Source of the DNA: a virus
DNA: 15,005 bases
Virus record (IMG/VR): IMGVR_UViG_3300045988_129841
Span: 1 to 15,005 of that record
Reading direction: 5' to 3' (one strand)
The translations under genes were made by a program, and so were the position numbers. The notes beneath the pieces were generated by a model, which saw only the letters and a list, made by a program, of their open reading frames with translations, ran no database searches and was not told the origin of the DNA. This document shows, one piece after another, positions 7,237-14,085 of this stretch; positions within the stretch are counted from its first letter, which is position 1; each line of letters starts with the position of its first letter.

Positions 7237-7836
7237 TCACTTTCTAAAAAAATTATTTATTTTTCCATGGTATAGGATTTTCTTGTTACCATAAAAAACA
7301 TTTTTTAAAACACTGACTGCTTCACTCGGTGGCGGTGTCGGCGGCTTGCCGCTTAAATATGTATACCAGTCACGTCCGTACTGTAAACGTTGTTCTGTAG
7401 CCGGTATTCCGGCGCGCTCAAATCCTGCGTAAAAAGCCCGCGTGGCGGTGTCAACGTCTGTCAACTGTTTAAAATCTTCGAAAGTATACCCGCTGTTTTT
7501 TTCTGACCATTGGTCAGACGGAACTGGCTTGTTCATGGCTATAACTTGCTGGGTCCCGTCTTTCCAATCATAACCATTGGCGGTTGCGTACTCTGTATAA
7601 TGCGTTGACGGTGACCACTGATAAAGTCCGTAGCCACCGACCGTAGTTCCGATTGGATAATCATGTTGCCACTGTGCCGGATTTATGCCGCTTTCTTGTT
7701 GCGCATTTCCTAGCATTCCGCTAATTGCTTCTATCGTCCATTCATCCTTTAAAATAAGATAAATCTCATCAACATTATCTTGCATTTCAGATTTGGACAG
7801 CGCACCGAATTGGTTTGTTTCAACGTAATGCCACAT
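7237..7836 (-). CDS. Tail-associated peptidoglycan hydrolase; phage tail lysozyme domain (N-terminal domain of phi29 gp13) without an M23 peptidase domain
   Basis: EAISGMLGNAQQESGINPAQWQ ... GYGLYQWSP ... FERAGIP ... WYTYLSG parallels phi29 gp13 [22 protein letters not shown] ... GFGLVQWTP ... YERPANP ... WYKNLSG. The protein ends after a PPTPPP linker and a short basic tail. Confidence 0.8.
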   Translation of the reverse strand: MWHYVETNQFGALSKSEMQDNVDEIYLILKDEWTIEAISGMLGNAQQESGINPAQWQHDYPIGTTVGGYGLYQWSPSTHYTEYATANGYDWKDGTQQVIAMNKPVPSDQWSEKNSGYTFEDFKQLTDVDTATRAFYAGFERAGIPATEQRLQYGRDWYTYLSGKPPTPPPSEAVSVLKNVFYGNKKILYHGKINNFFRK

Positions 7837-7838
7837 GG

Positions 7839-8603
7839 CTAGAATCCTCTTACGAAAGCGTCAAACCCTGCCTTAATAATCTGATTCCGGTAATTAACGG
7901 CGTTACTTTCCGATTCGAACGCGCCGCATTGAACACGGTAAAAGACGTCCTTTCTTTCAGTTATAAAACAATTAAAACCTTTTGTCTCAAGCTGTTTTTT
8001 TAAGTTTTCCGCGTTTTCTCTCCTTGCGAACGCCCCAACCTGCACTCTGTATAATTTAGAATTTATTTTCTTTTCACCTAAATTATAACATACTTTAAAA
8101 GTCTGTACAATAGCCTGTGCGATTTTTTCCTGTGAATTTTTAAAAACTGAAACATCATGATAATTTGTAATGAAGCCACATTCCAGTAACGCATATGGTT
8201 TATCAATTTTATCACAGTAATTCATATTCAGTAAATCTTTTCTAAGTTTTACGCCGCGATTAGAAAAACCGCAATTTGATACTTTTTCCGCAAGTGTCCG
8301 AGAGAAAACGCTATCGCGTTTGCATAAGACCTCCACACCCTGCGCGGTTTTATTCGCGTGTGAATTAAGGTGCAGTTCTAAGATAAAGTCAACGCTGTTA
8401 AAAAGTTCTTTCGCGTCGTTTGCGTTATTTTTAATGTCGCGATAAGAATTTCTATCTGTGTCATATTTTATTACGTCAGCTACCACATTTAACGCATTTA
8501 CTACATATCCTGCCAACTCCCTTGTCAAGTCTGCTTCTCTGAATCCGTTTCCAACAGCACCGCAATCCCCTGCTCCGTGTCCTGCGATTACAAGTATTTT
8601 CAT
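7839..8603 (-). CDS. Endolysin: N-acetylmuramoyl-L-alanine amidase (Amidase_3, CwlC-like) with a C-terminal SPOR domain
   Basis: Amidase_3 signature residues are visible: N-terminal VIAGHGAGDCGA, READ, ELHLNSHAN and LLECGFITN. The C-terminus (about aa 183-254) has two YRVQxGAF half-repeats typical of SPOR. The gene is directly downstream of the holin. Confidence 0.9.
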   Translation of the reverse strand: MKILVIAGHGAGDCGAVGNGFREADLTRELAGYVVNALNVVADVIKYDTDRNSYRDIKNNANDAKELFNSVDFILELHLNSHANKTAQGVEVLCKRDSVFSRTLAEKVSNCGFSNRGVKLRKDLLNMNYCDKIDKPYALLECGFITNYHDVSVFKNSQEKIAQAIVQTFKVCYNLGEKKINSKLYRVQVGAFARRENAENLKKQLETKGFNCFITERKDVFYRVQCGAFESESNAVNYRNQIIKAGFDAFVRGF

Positions 8604-8606
8604 TTT

Positions 8607-9014
8607 TTATTCCTCTCTTTCTAGTAAATCTTCTAATATATTTTTTAATTTTTCCGGATATTTTACGCCGATTCTGCCTCCATTTTCTAAAATGCTGATA
8701 CAGTCATTCACCGTGAAAAATGTGATAACCATATCGCGCAAGCCTTTTATGCCGAACATTTCTCCTGTGTATTTTGCCATACATACAAAAAGTAACATTG
8801 TTAATTTTTTCAAAATTCCTCTGAATCCTGCTTTACTTGACAAGTGTCCGTTTTTTGTTTTTCCACTTTTTCCAAGTACAGCGGATATAATTCCGGTTAT
8901 ATAATCGACCGCCATAATTACAAGTAAACCGATAAACAAGCTATCGAACCCGCCGAAAATCTGACTAAAAATCCCTACTAATCCACCTAGTAAAATACTC
9001 CATTCTGTTTTCAT
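8607..9014 (-). CDS. Holin (phi29 gp14 / TcdE-type, Phage_holin_4_1-like)
   Basis: A 135-aa protein with several hydrophobic helices. It contains the motif VIMAVDYITGIISAVLGK ... SSKAGFRGILKK ... DCISILEN and a charged C-terminus. It lies upstream of the endolysin. Confidence 0.85.
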   Translation of the reverse strand: MKTEWSILLGGLVGIFSQIFGGFDSLFIGLLVIMAVDYITGIISAVLGKSGKTKNGHLSSKAGFRGILKKLTMLLFVCMAKYTGEMFGIKGLRDMVITFFTVNDCISILENGGRIGVKYPEKLKNILEDLLEREE

Positions 9015-9158
9015 TTTCCACTCTCCTATTTTTTCGCGGTTTTACGGTGGCTTAAGATTGCCACCGCGCCGCTGTTTATATATAAACCGCGTCCGGTAAT
9101 CACTCCGGCTAAAATGTGTTTTCCCACATGATTGAAAATTTGCTACGCGGTATATATC
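9015..9158 (-). other. GC-rich, highly structured 144-nt non-coding spacer; candidate ncRNA (possibly pRNA-like) or late regulatory region
   Basis: It is the largest internal non-coding gap. Hand-folding of the minus strand gives a 7-bp helix (ACCGCGU 9151-9145 with ACGCGGU 9092-9086) enclosing two hairpins (AUGUG-GGAAAA-CACAU and CCGG-AGUGAUUA-CCGG). This is followed by the 14-bp palindrome GTTTATATATAAAC and a strong hairpin CGGUGGC-AAUCUUAA-GCCACCG (9066-9045). My count for 9031-9110 is 41 G+C out of 80. Confidence 0.3.
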
Positions 9159-9383
9159 TTAATCACGATATCTAGTATAAGTAAATAGCAATGCTCTTAT
9201 AATTATCTCTCTCCCATCCAGAAGAGTCTTAATTGATAAGTCTTTCTCGTATGCGCTCGCTATTATTAAAATTTTTTCCATATTTTTTAGCTCTTCATAA
9301 ACCGTTATATCGAATTTTTTTCCATCCGTTAGTTTTTCTAATTCCTCGCCTTTTGTTCTTTCTATTAATTCATGTACTGTCAT
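9159..9383 (-). CDS. Hypothetical 74-aa protein; first gene after the third promoter cassette
   Basis: ATG at 9383 preceded by AAAGGAGA. The protein looks helical and is an orphan. Its position at the replication/late boundary makes a regulatory role possible but unproven. Confidence 0.55.
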   Translation of the reverse strand: MTVHELIERTKGEELEKLTDGKKFDITVYEELKNMEKILIIASAYEKDLSIKTLLDGREIIIRALLFTYTRYRD

Positions 9384-9428
9384 GTTTTTTCTCCTTTTCT
9401 GTGCTGTCGTTTTCTTGTTTCTATATAT

Positions 9429-9458
9429 ACAATACCACTTGTTTTATTTTTTTGTCAA
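9429..9458 (-). promoter_or_regulatory. Sigma-A type promoter upstream of the 74-aa gene and possibly the whole lysis/structural operon
   Basis: Minus strand reads TTGACA (9458-9453), an 18-nt spacer, then TATTGT (9434-9429). The downstream leader (TTTTCTGTgcTGTcGTTTtCTTGTTTCT on the plus strand) is a diverged copy of the leaders at 541-587 and 11893-11940. Confidence 0.55.
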
Positions 9459-9475
9459 CTATTTTTTGAAAAATT

Positions 9476-10543
9476 TTAAAAAATTTCCCTACCAATTAAA
9501 TGAAGAAAAGCATCTTTTGATTTCAAATCACAGAAACGCACCTGTCCTTGTGAATACGCTTCTTTTAAGGTCTGTGCTAAACCACTGAACCTTGTTAAAA
9601 GTATGGTATTTTCGCCGTGGTCGGCGTTGTCAAGCGTAAAGCACTTCGCGCCCTTATCTATTTTTTGGTTGATGTAGAGCAAATTATCTCTATGACATTC
9701 GCGAATTGCGAACCGTTCACCGTCCTGCACAAATGTTAAAAGGTATGTACTTTTTCCGGACAAATTCGCTATAAATTCATTATCGTTATAAATTCCGATA
9801 TTTTTTGTGGCGTACTGCACATGACGATTTCCCGCGAACGCTTTTGAAATTCCCAGTTCGCTTGTCTGTTTTTTCGCTGATTCGTTTACCGTTTCTACGT
9901 AAATGTAAGAATCACCGCGAATAATTCCGTTTTTATCCGGCTTCTCGCGATAACATCCCAACTGTAGCAAATAGGGATTTATCTGCGAAAAAGAGTTCCC
10001 AAGTAAAAAAAACTCAACTTCTTTTCCTTGTTTTCCGCTACCTCTTGAAATAGTATACGCAACGGACAGATACTTGTCAACCTCATTTTTTAAGTAGTCT
10101 TCTACTTTTTCAAGCTGGAATTCGTCCATGCCTGCTCTCTTCACTTTGTCAAAAATCGGACTGTATTTTTTTAACTTGTCACAATCGGAAATTGAAATCG
10201 CAAAGCCGATAATTTCGTCATGATTCATAATCTTACGAATAATGCCACTTGCTATAGGGATAGATGTTATTTCCATATCTGGAAATTTGTCTGCTACTAC
10301 GCAAGAAAAGATACTATCAACACCTAGCATTTCTGAACGCGTCCTGTATTCTAACACAAATTGACCATTTCCGGCGCGAAACTGCTTAATGAAATACCAC
10401 AGTAAAGAATAAGTCTTACCGCCGCTTCGGTTCGTTGCGTAAATACGTATAGACGGTATTCTATTATGTTTATCAGCTATGTCAAGGTAGTCCATAATAT
10501 TAAAAAAACCTTTATCGAATTTATGTGTTATCTCGTTTTTCAT
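9476..10543 (-). CDS. DNA encapsidation (packaging) ATPase, phi29 gp16-like
   Basis: Walker A is ATNRSGGKTYS (G41-T44) and Walker B is AGMDEF. FFLLGNSFSQINPYLL parallels gp16 CICLSNAVSVVNPYFL. Size is 355 aa versus 332 aa. Confidence 0.85.
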   Translation of the reverse strand: MKNEITHKFDKGFFNIMDYLDIADKHNRIPSIRIYATNRSGGKTYSLLWYFIKQFRAGNGQFVLEYRTRSEMLGVDSIFSCVVADKFPDMEITSIPIASGIIRKIMNHDEIIGFAISISDCDKLKKYSPIFDKVKRAGMDEFQLEKVEDYLKNEVDKYLSVAYTISRGSGKQGKEVEFFLLGNSFSQINPYLLQLGCYREKPDKNGIIRGDSYIYVETVNESAKKQTSELGISKAFAGNRHVQYATKNIGIYNDNEFIANLSGKSTYLLTFVQDGERFAIRECHRDNLLYINQKIDKGAKCFTLDNADHGENTILLTRFSGLAQTLKEAYSQGQVRFCDLKSKDAFLHLIGREIF

Positions 10544-10555
10544 AACATCACCTAG

Positions 10556-10595
10556 AAAAATGTTTCACGTGAACATTTCTGTAACACGTGAAACA
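10556..10595. promoter_or_regulatory. Two tandem degenerate copies of the CACGTG palindrome (copy B), together forming a terminator-like hairpin
   Basis: TGTTTCACGTG (10561-10571) and CACGTGAAACA (10585-10595) are an 11-bp inverted repeat with a 13-nt spacer. On the minus strand the hairpin is followed by UUUUU (10560-10556). It lies between the SSB-like stop and the ATPase start. Confidence 0.6.
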
Positions 10596-10604
10596 ATATT
10601 ATAA

Positions 10605-10946
10605 TTAAATAGAAGCGTAATAATATTCGCGTCCTGCATTACTCTTCCCTGTCTTAATGATTACATCCATATCTTTCGCGCCGCCTGTGATTTCATCATC
10701 GAATACATCCGCTACAACTTCCATGGATTCTACCATTGTCGGTGAAATTGTTCCGATGAAATCTCCGTCACTTGTCTTAATGACTACGGTCTTTACTTCG
10801 TCACCGTTCACATTCGTGGTTGTCCCGAAGATAATTCCGGAAACTTTTACAGTGGTGTTTTTAAAATCAGTTACTGCTTTCGCGTCATTGTTCGCGCGTA
10901 CGAAATCTTTTTTGTCTGTAATGTTATACGTGTTTGTAATTTTCAT
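10605..10946 (-). CDS. Probable single-stranded DNA-binding protein (phi29 p5-like)
   Basis: KTVVIKTSDGDFIGTISPTMVESMEVVADV ... VIIKTGKSNAGREYYYASI parallels phi29 p5 [30 protein letters not shown] ... VKVVQGTSSKGNVFFSLQL. Size is 113 aa versus 124 aa. The comparison is by eye, from memory. Confidence 0.55.
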   Translation of the reverse strand: MKITNTYNITDKKDFVRANNDAKAVTDFKNTTVKVSGIIFGTTTNVNGDEVKTVVIKTSDGDFIGTISPTMVESMEVVADVFDDEITGGAKDMDVIIKTGKSNAGREYYYASI

Positions 10947-10997
10947 ATTATTTTTTCCTCTCTTTTTCTTTAAATTTTTTGTTTTTTCACACTGCTA

Positions 10998-11228
10998 TTA
11001 CTCGACTACTTTTGAATACTTGATGAAATCTTCGTCAGAAAGTTCACGTTTTTCTTGTACCGGATATTCATAAATCAATTTATGATTCTCGTCATATCCG
11101 TTTTCTGATAAAATTTTCTTCGCGGCTTTCGGTGAATACGTGTTTTTCGGCAATTTCAAATTTGCCACTGTTTCCCCTGCCTTATTTAAGACAGAAAAAA
11201 CATGATGTTTTGTGATTGTTCTAAGCAT
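10998..11228 (-). CDS. Possible histone-like dsDNA-binding protein (phi29 p6-like)
   Basis: RTITKHHVFSV...GE.V..LKLP and EKRELSDEDFIKYSKV weakly parallel phi29 p6 REITKTTVNVA...GEVQVEQLP and EVYELPVEKFLEVATV. It is adjacent to the SSB-like gene, as in phi29. The match is weak. Confidence 0.35.
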   Translation of the reverse strand: MLRTITKHHVFSVLNKAGETVANLKLPKNTYSPKAAKKILSENGYDENHKLIYEYPVQEKRELSDEDFIKYSKVVE

Positions 11229-11265
11229 TTTCTTTACCTCTCTTTCTTGTTATTTTTTTATTTTA

Positions 11266-11289
11266 AAAATGTTTCGCGTGAAACATTTT
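11266..11289. promoter_or_regulatory. Copy C of the recurring palindrome: AAAATGTTTC-GCGT-GAAACATTTT
   Basis: It has 10-bp arms around a 4-nt centre. It overlaps the stop codon of the 130-aa gene. On the minus strand it is followed by UAAAAUAAAAAAAU. Confidence 0.6.
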
Positions 11290-11680
11290 AAAACCTGTCT
11301 TCTAATACAACTCCGATTGGTGTCATATCGTAAACGTTATAAAAAACCGGTCTATATATAGAACAAGTTAAAGTGTCAGTCACACCGCGCCGCAAGTCTC
11401 GCGTTAACATGAATTGATATATATGTTCGCTACACCAAGTAATGTCAGTGTAGTAAATTGCTTCGCCATTCTCCATATAATAAAGAGGATTATCGCGGTG
11501 TTTTAAAAAATCTTTTACTTTTTCAGACATTGTTGAAAGTTTTCTTTCGTACTCATATTCCGGAACGAACCTTATTAATTCGTCAACTGATAGCGTCATT
11601 GGTTCGTTACATAAATCTTTTAAATTGTCAACCGTTTCTAAATACCATTTTCTACTAGTCTTTATGATTGTTGTCTGCAT
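11288..11680 (-). CDS. Hypothetical 130-aa early protein
   Basis: ATG at 11680 preceded by AAAAGGAGA. It is tightly coupled to the upstream 64-aa gene. I recognised no motif. Confidence 0.6.
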   Translation of the reverse strand: MQTTIIKTSRKWYLETVDNLKDLCNEPMTLSVDELIRFVPEYEYERKLSTMSEKVKDFLKHRDNPLYYMENGEAIYYTDITWCSEHIYQFMLTRDLRRGVTDTLTCSIYRPVFYNVYDMTPIGVVLEDRF

Positions 11681-11696
11681 TAAAATTCTCCTTTTT

Positions 11697-11891
11697 CTAA
11701 AAAGACAAATAGTCTATTAAAAGTTCTTTACTAGCACCGTTGTCCATTAAATGTTTAAACAAATCATTATAAATACCGTTGTTAATGGCTACATTTACAT
11801 ACGATTCTAATAAATCATGTGACGGTTTAATAGACAGAAGTCTCTGTCCTAAGATAAGTGTTAAGTTCTGCATTAATAATTTGTGTTCCAT
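11697..11891 (-). CDS. Hypothetical 64-aa early protein
   Basis: ATG at 11891 preceded by AAAGAGAGGTAAAGAAAA. It is the first gene after a consensus promoter. I recognised no motif. Confidence 0.55.
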   Translation of the reverse strand: MEHKLLMQNLTLILGQRLLSIKPSHDLLESYVNVAINNGIYNDLFKHLMDNGASKELLIDYLSF

Positions 11892-11940
11892 TTTTCTTTA
11901 CCTCTCTTTTTCTGTTATGTTGTTTCTTGTTTCTGTAATT

Positions 11941-11969
11941 ATAATATCATAGGTTTTATAGAATGTCAA
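11941..11969 (-). promoter_or_regulatory. Sigma-A type promoter; its -35 box contains the DNA polymerase stop codon
   Basis: Minus strand reads TTGACA (11969-11964), a 17-nt spacer ending in TGA, then TATTAT (11946-11941). The polymerase TGA stop (11968-11966) is embedded in the TTGACA. Confidence 0.7.
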
Positions 11970-14083
11970 CTGTTTTTTTCAATTTTTTCAAAATCTTTTA
12001 TTTTCTGACAACTCATAATAATATTAGAATATTCATCTGTAACGCCTAAAGTATATGTGGTTTCCACAATGCCAATATTACTGGAAGTGGTGAAAGTATC
12101 ACCATTTACCGTAATCTTGAATATTTTATCGGTGTCGTTATAATAAGCTGTTGACCGTCCGACATTTTCAAAAGTATTCCCTATTTTAAAATTCCCAGCA
12201 TTTCCTACGACTTTCGCGCCTTTTTCTTTCGCCATCCCCGCAACCGTAATTCCGAATACATATTTGTTTTTCTTTTTATCAAAAGTTTCATAACAGTATT
12301 TTTTCGCGCCCAGCGTCTTAAAGGTCTTGTATTCTGCATCTTTTTCAAATATTCCGGCGTAACACAATTGACCTTTTGAATTTTTCGCTACAAGACAAGT
12401 GTCACTTTTTTTCGCTTCTTCTATCAATTTTCTATTGTAATCTTCGAACGCTAATTCGTGGTCATTAAAAAATTTATCTGAATCGGTGTCAACGTAAACG
12501 GTGTCATTTCCGGTTATTCTGATAGCGTCATAAAGTTGTGCACGTCCATATGCCGGCACAAAAACGCCTTGCTGATAAATTAAAAAGTTCTTCCGTGATT
12601 TATAAAAACTTTCCAAGTCTTTTTTTAACTTGTCAGCGTCAGCCTTTACGCTTGACCATTCGCCGCCACTCCAATTTATTATATCATGACATATATCCGT
12701 AATTTCCATTCCGTACGCTCCATTGAGTTTATTCTTACTTTTCATGTATTCATAATAAGCGGCTTCTATCCCTTTAAGTTTTGTTTTCGCTTCATAAAAT
12801 TCAAGATTCTGCTGTCGGTATTCAAGATTCATTCTCTCTTTTCTACAGTACATGAATTTAACAAGCTGAAAAGAAGATATATTATAAACTTCTTTTATAA
12901 TCTCATAATCAACATTCGTAATAGTTATCATGATTTCTTTCGCGGAAAGAAGTTTACCGTTATCGTTTAAAATGTCACAATGTTCCTTGCATTTTGAGAT
13001 TGAAATATAAGGAATCGGCGTGTTTTTTTTCGTTTCTATATTGAAAAATCGAACCGTAAAAATGCAAGCGTAATTTTCACATAAAAAGTCAAGTTCTTTT
13101 TTCGTTTCGATACTGATTTCCGACCATTTACCAACCGGAAAAAGTTTACTTTCTGACTGGTACGGATAACTACTTTGAATATCTCTACTATGTAGATTTT
13201 TTAAAATTTGATTCGAATAAAAGCGGTTAGCGTGAGCCACGCCACCGGAAACCGCGTCACGGCATTGCGTATATTCTTCCGGTGAAAGTGCGGAAGAAAG
13301 AAAAAGAGTACGATTCATGGGATTGGCGGTAACGGCGTTCCGAAAATCATTACGAACATATCCGGTAGAAGTGAGCGGGATTCTTAATATATCATACTCC
13401 GTTAATTTCTCCGCTATACATTCACATAAACCGCGTACATCATTATAATTATAAGCCTTTTCATATTCTCTTAATTCTGTTCGTGGAGTACGAATTTTTT
13501 TATAATTAAATTCTTCTCCGTTTAACTTCATATGAACACAAGTCTTAGAATTTTCACAAAATTTACTCAGGCTCATATTAGACAGGAAATAAGAGCAACG
13601 CCATTCAAAGCCTCCACCGGACAGTTTAAGCGGTTTACGTTCATCTTTCGCAAAAAGGTCTGAAACCGTAATAAAATTCTGGATATACTGAAACTCGAAA
13701 GAAAGGTTATGCACGTAAACAACTAGTCGTTGTTTATCATTTAGACACATAGTTTTTTTTAAACGCGCAAGAAAAATCTGAAAATCTTCCCATGTACGCC
13801 CAAAAACTACCGTATCAATTAAGCAGAATTGCCAATGATACATAAAGCCGAACGGTGGCGTATCGTAAATTTTTCTACCGTGATTATCATATATAAAATG
13901 CGGTTCGATTGTCGTTGTCTCAATGTCAAACGCTGCCGGAATATTAAAAGCAGAATATCCGTGTTTACCTTTTTTTGTCACAATTTCACAGTCAGCAAAC
14001 ATATCATAAGGAAAATCGTTTATATTATAAATTTTTTCCATGCTCATTGTATTGTCTTTTAAAGGTACATTTATAATTTCCAT
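11966..14083 (-). CDS. Family-B, protein-primed DNA polymerase (phi29 gp2-like)
   Basis: Motifs read directly: ExoI FDIETTT (D53/E55), ExoII HNLSFEF, ExoIII YNYND (Y211/D215), motif A DIQSSYPY (D301), motif B KLNGAYG (K452), motif C YVDTDS (aa 530-535, nt 12496-12479) and KxY LGAKKY. It is coupled to the upstream gene (TAA, two A, then ATG). Confidence 0.95.
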   Translation of the reverse strand: MEIINVPLKDNTMSMEKIYNINDFPYDMFADCEIVTKKGKHGYSAFNIPAAFDIETTTIEPHFIYDNHGRKIYDTPPFGFMYHWQFCLIDTVVFGRTWEDFQIFLARLKKTMCLNDKQRLVVYVHNLSFEFQYIQNFITVSDLFAKDERKPLKLSGGGFEWRCSYFLSNMSLSKFCENSKTCVHMKLNGEEFNYKKIRTPRTELREYEKAYNYNDVRGLCECIAEKLTEYDILRIPLTSTGYVRNDFRNAVTANPMNRTLFLSSALSPEEYTQCRDAVSGGVAHANRFYSNQILKNLHSRDIQSSYPYQSESKLFPVGKWSEISIETKKELDFLCENYACIFTVRFFNIETKKNTPIPYISISKCKEHCDILNDNGKLLSAKEIMITITNVDYEIIKEVYNISSFQLVKFMYCRKERMNLEYRQQNLEFYEAKTKLKGIEAAYYEYMKSKNKLNGAYGMEITDICHDIINWSGGEWSSVKADADKLKKDLESFYKSRKNFLIYQQGVFVPAYGRAQLYDAIRITGNDTVYVDTDSDKFFNDHELAFEDYNRKLIEEAKKSDTCLVAKNSKGQLCYAGIFEKDAEYKTFKTLGAKKYCYETFDKKKNKYVFGITVAGMAKEKGAKVVGNAGNFKIGNTFENVGRSTAYYNDTDKIFKITVNGDTFTTSSNIGIVETTYTLGVTDEYSNIIMSCQKIKDFEKIEKNS

Positions 14084-14085
14084 TT

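Noticed and set aside
8458-8904. 148-aa plus-strand ORF, together with the other plus-strand ORFs in the track: 1413-1598, 2176-2397, 3471-3683, 4560-4745, 6164-6355, 7013-7294, 7815-8003, 9233-9469, 9382-9588, 10657-11073, 11458-11658, 12686-12970, 13829-14062 and 14450-14641
   Set aside because: All are antisense to well-supported minus-strand genes. Their translations are low-complexity and rich in F, S, L and I, as expected from reverse-complemented AT-rich coding DNA. They lack SD sequences. None has a recognisable motif.
9045-9066. The strong hairpin CGGTGGC-N8-GCCACCG as a rho-independent terminator
   Set aside because: On the transcribed (minus) strand it is followed by an A-tract rather than a U-tract. 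No plus-strand genes exist that would need a terminator. I treat it as part of the structured spacer instead.
10052-10080. Consensus-like promoter inside the ATPase gene (TTGACA, 17 nt, TATACT on the minus strand); weaker ones occur at 10457-10485 and 12465-12493
   Set aside because: I spotted roughly ten TTGACA hexamers on the minus strand of this AT-rich genome. One or two with an acceptable -10 are expected by chance. There is no associated leader or SD for a downstream start.
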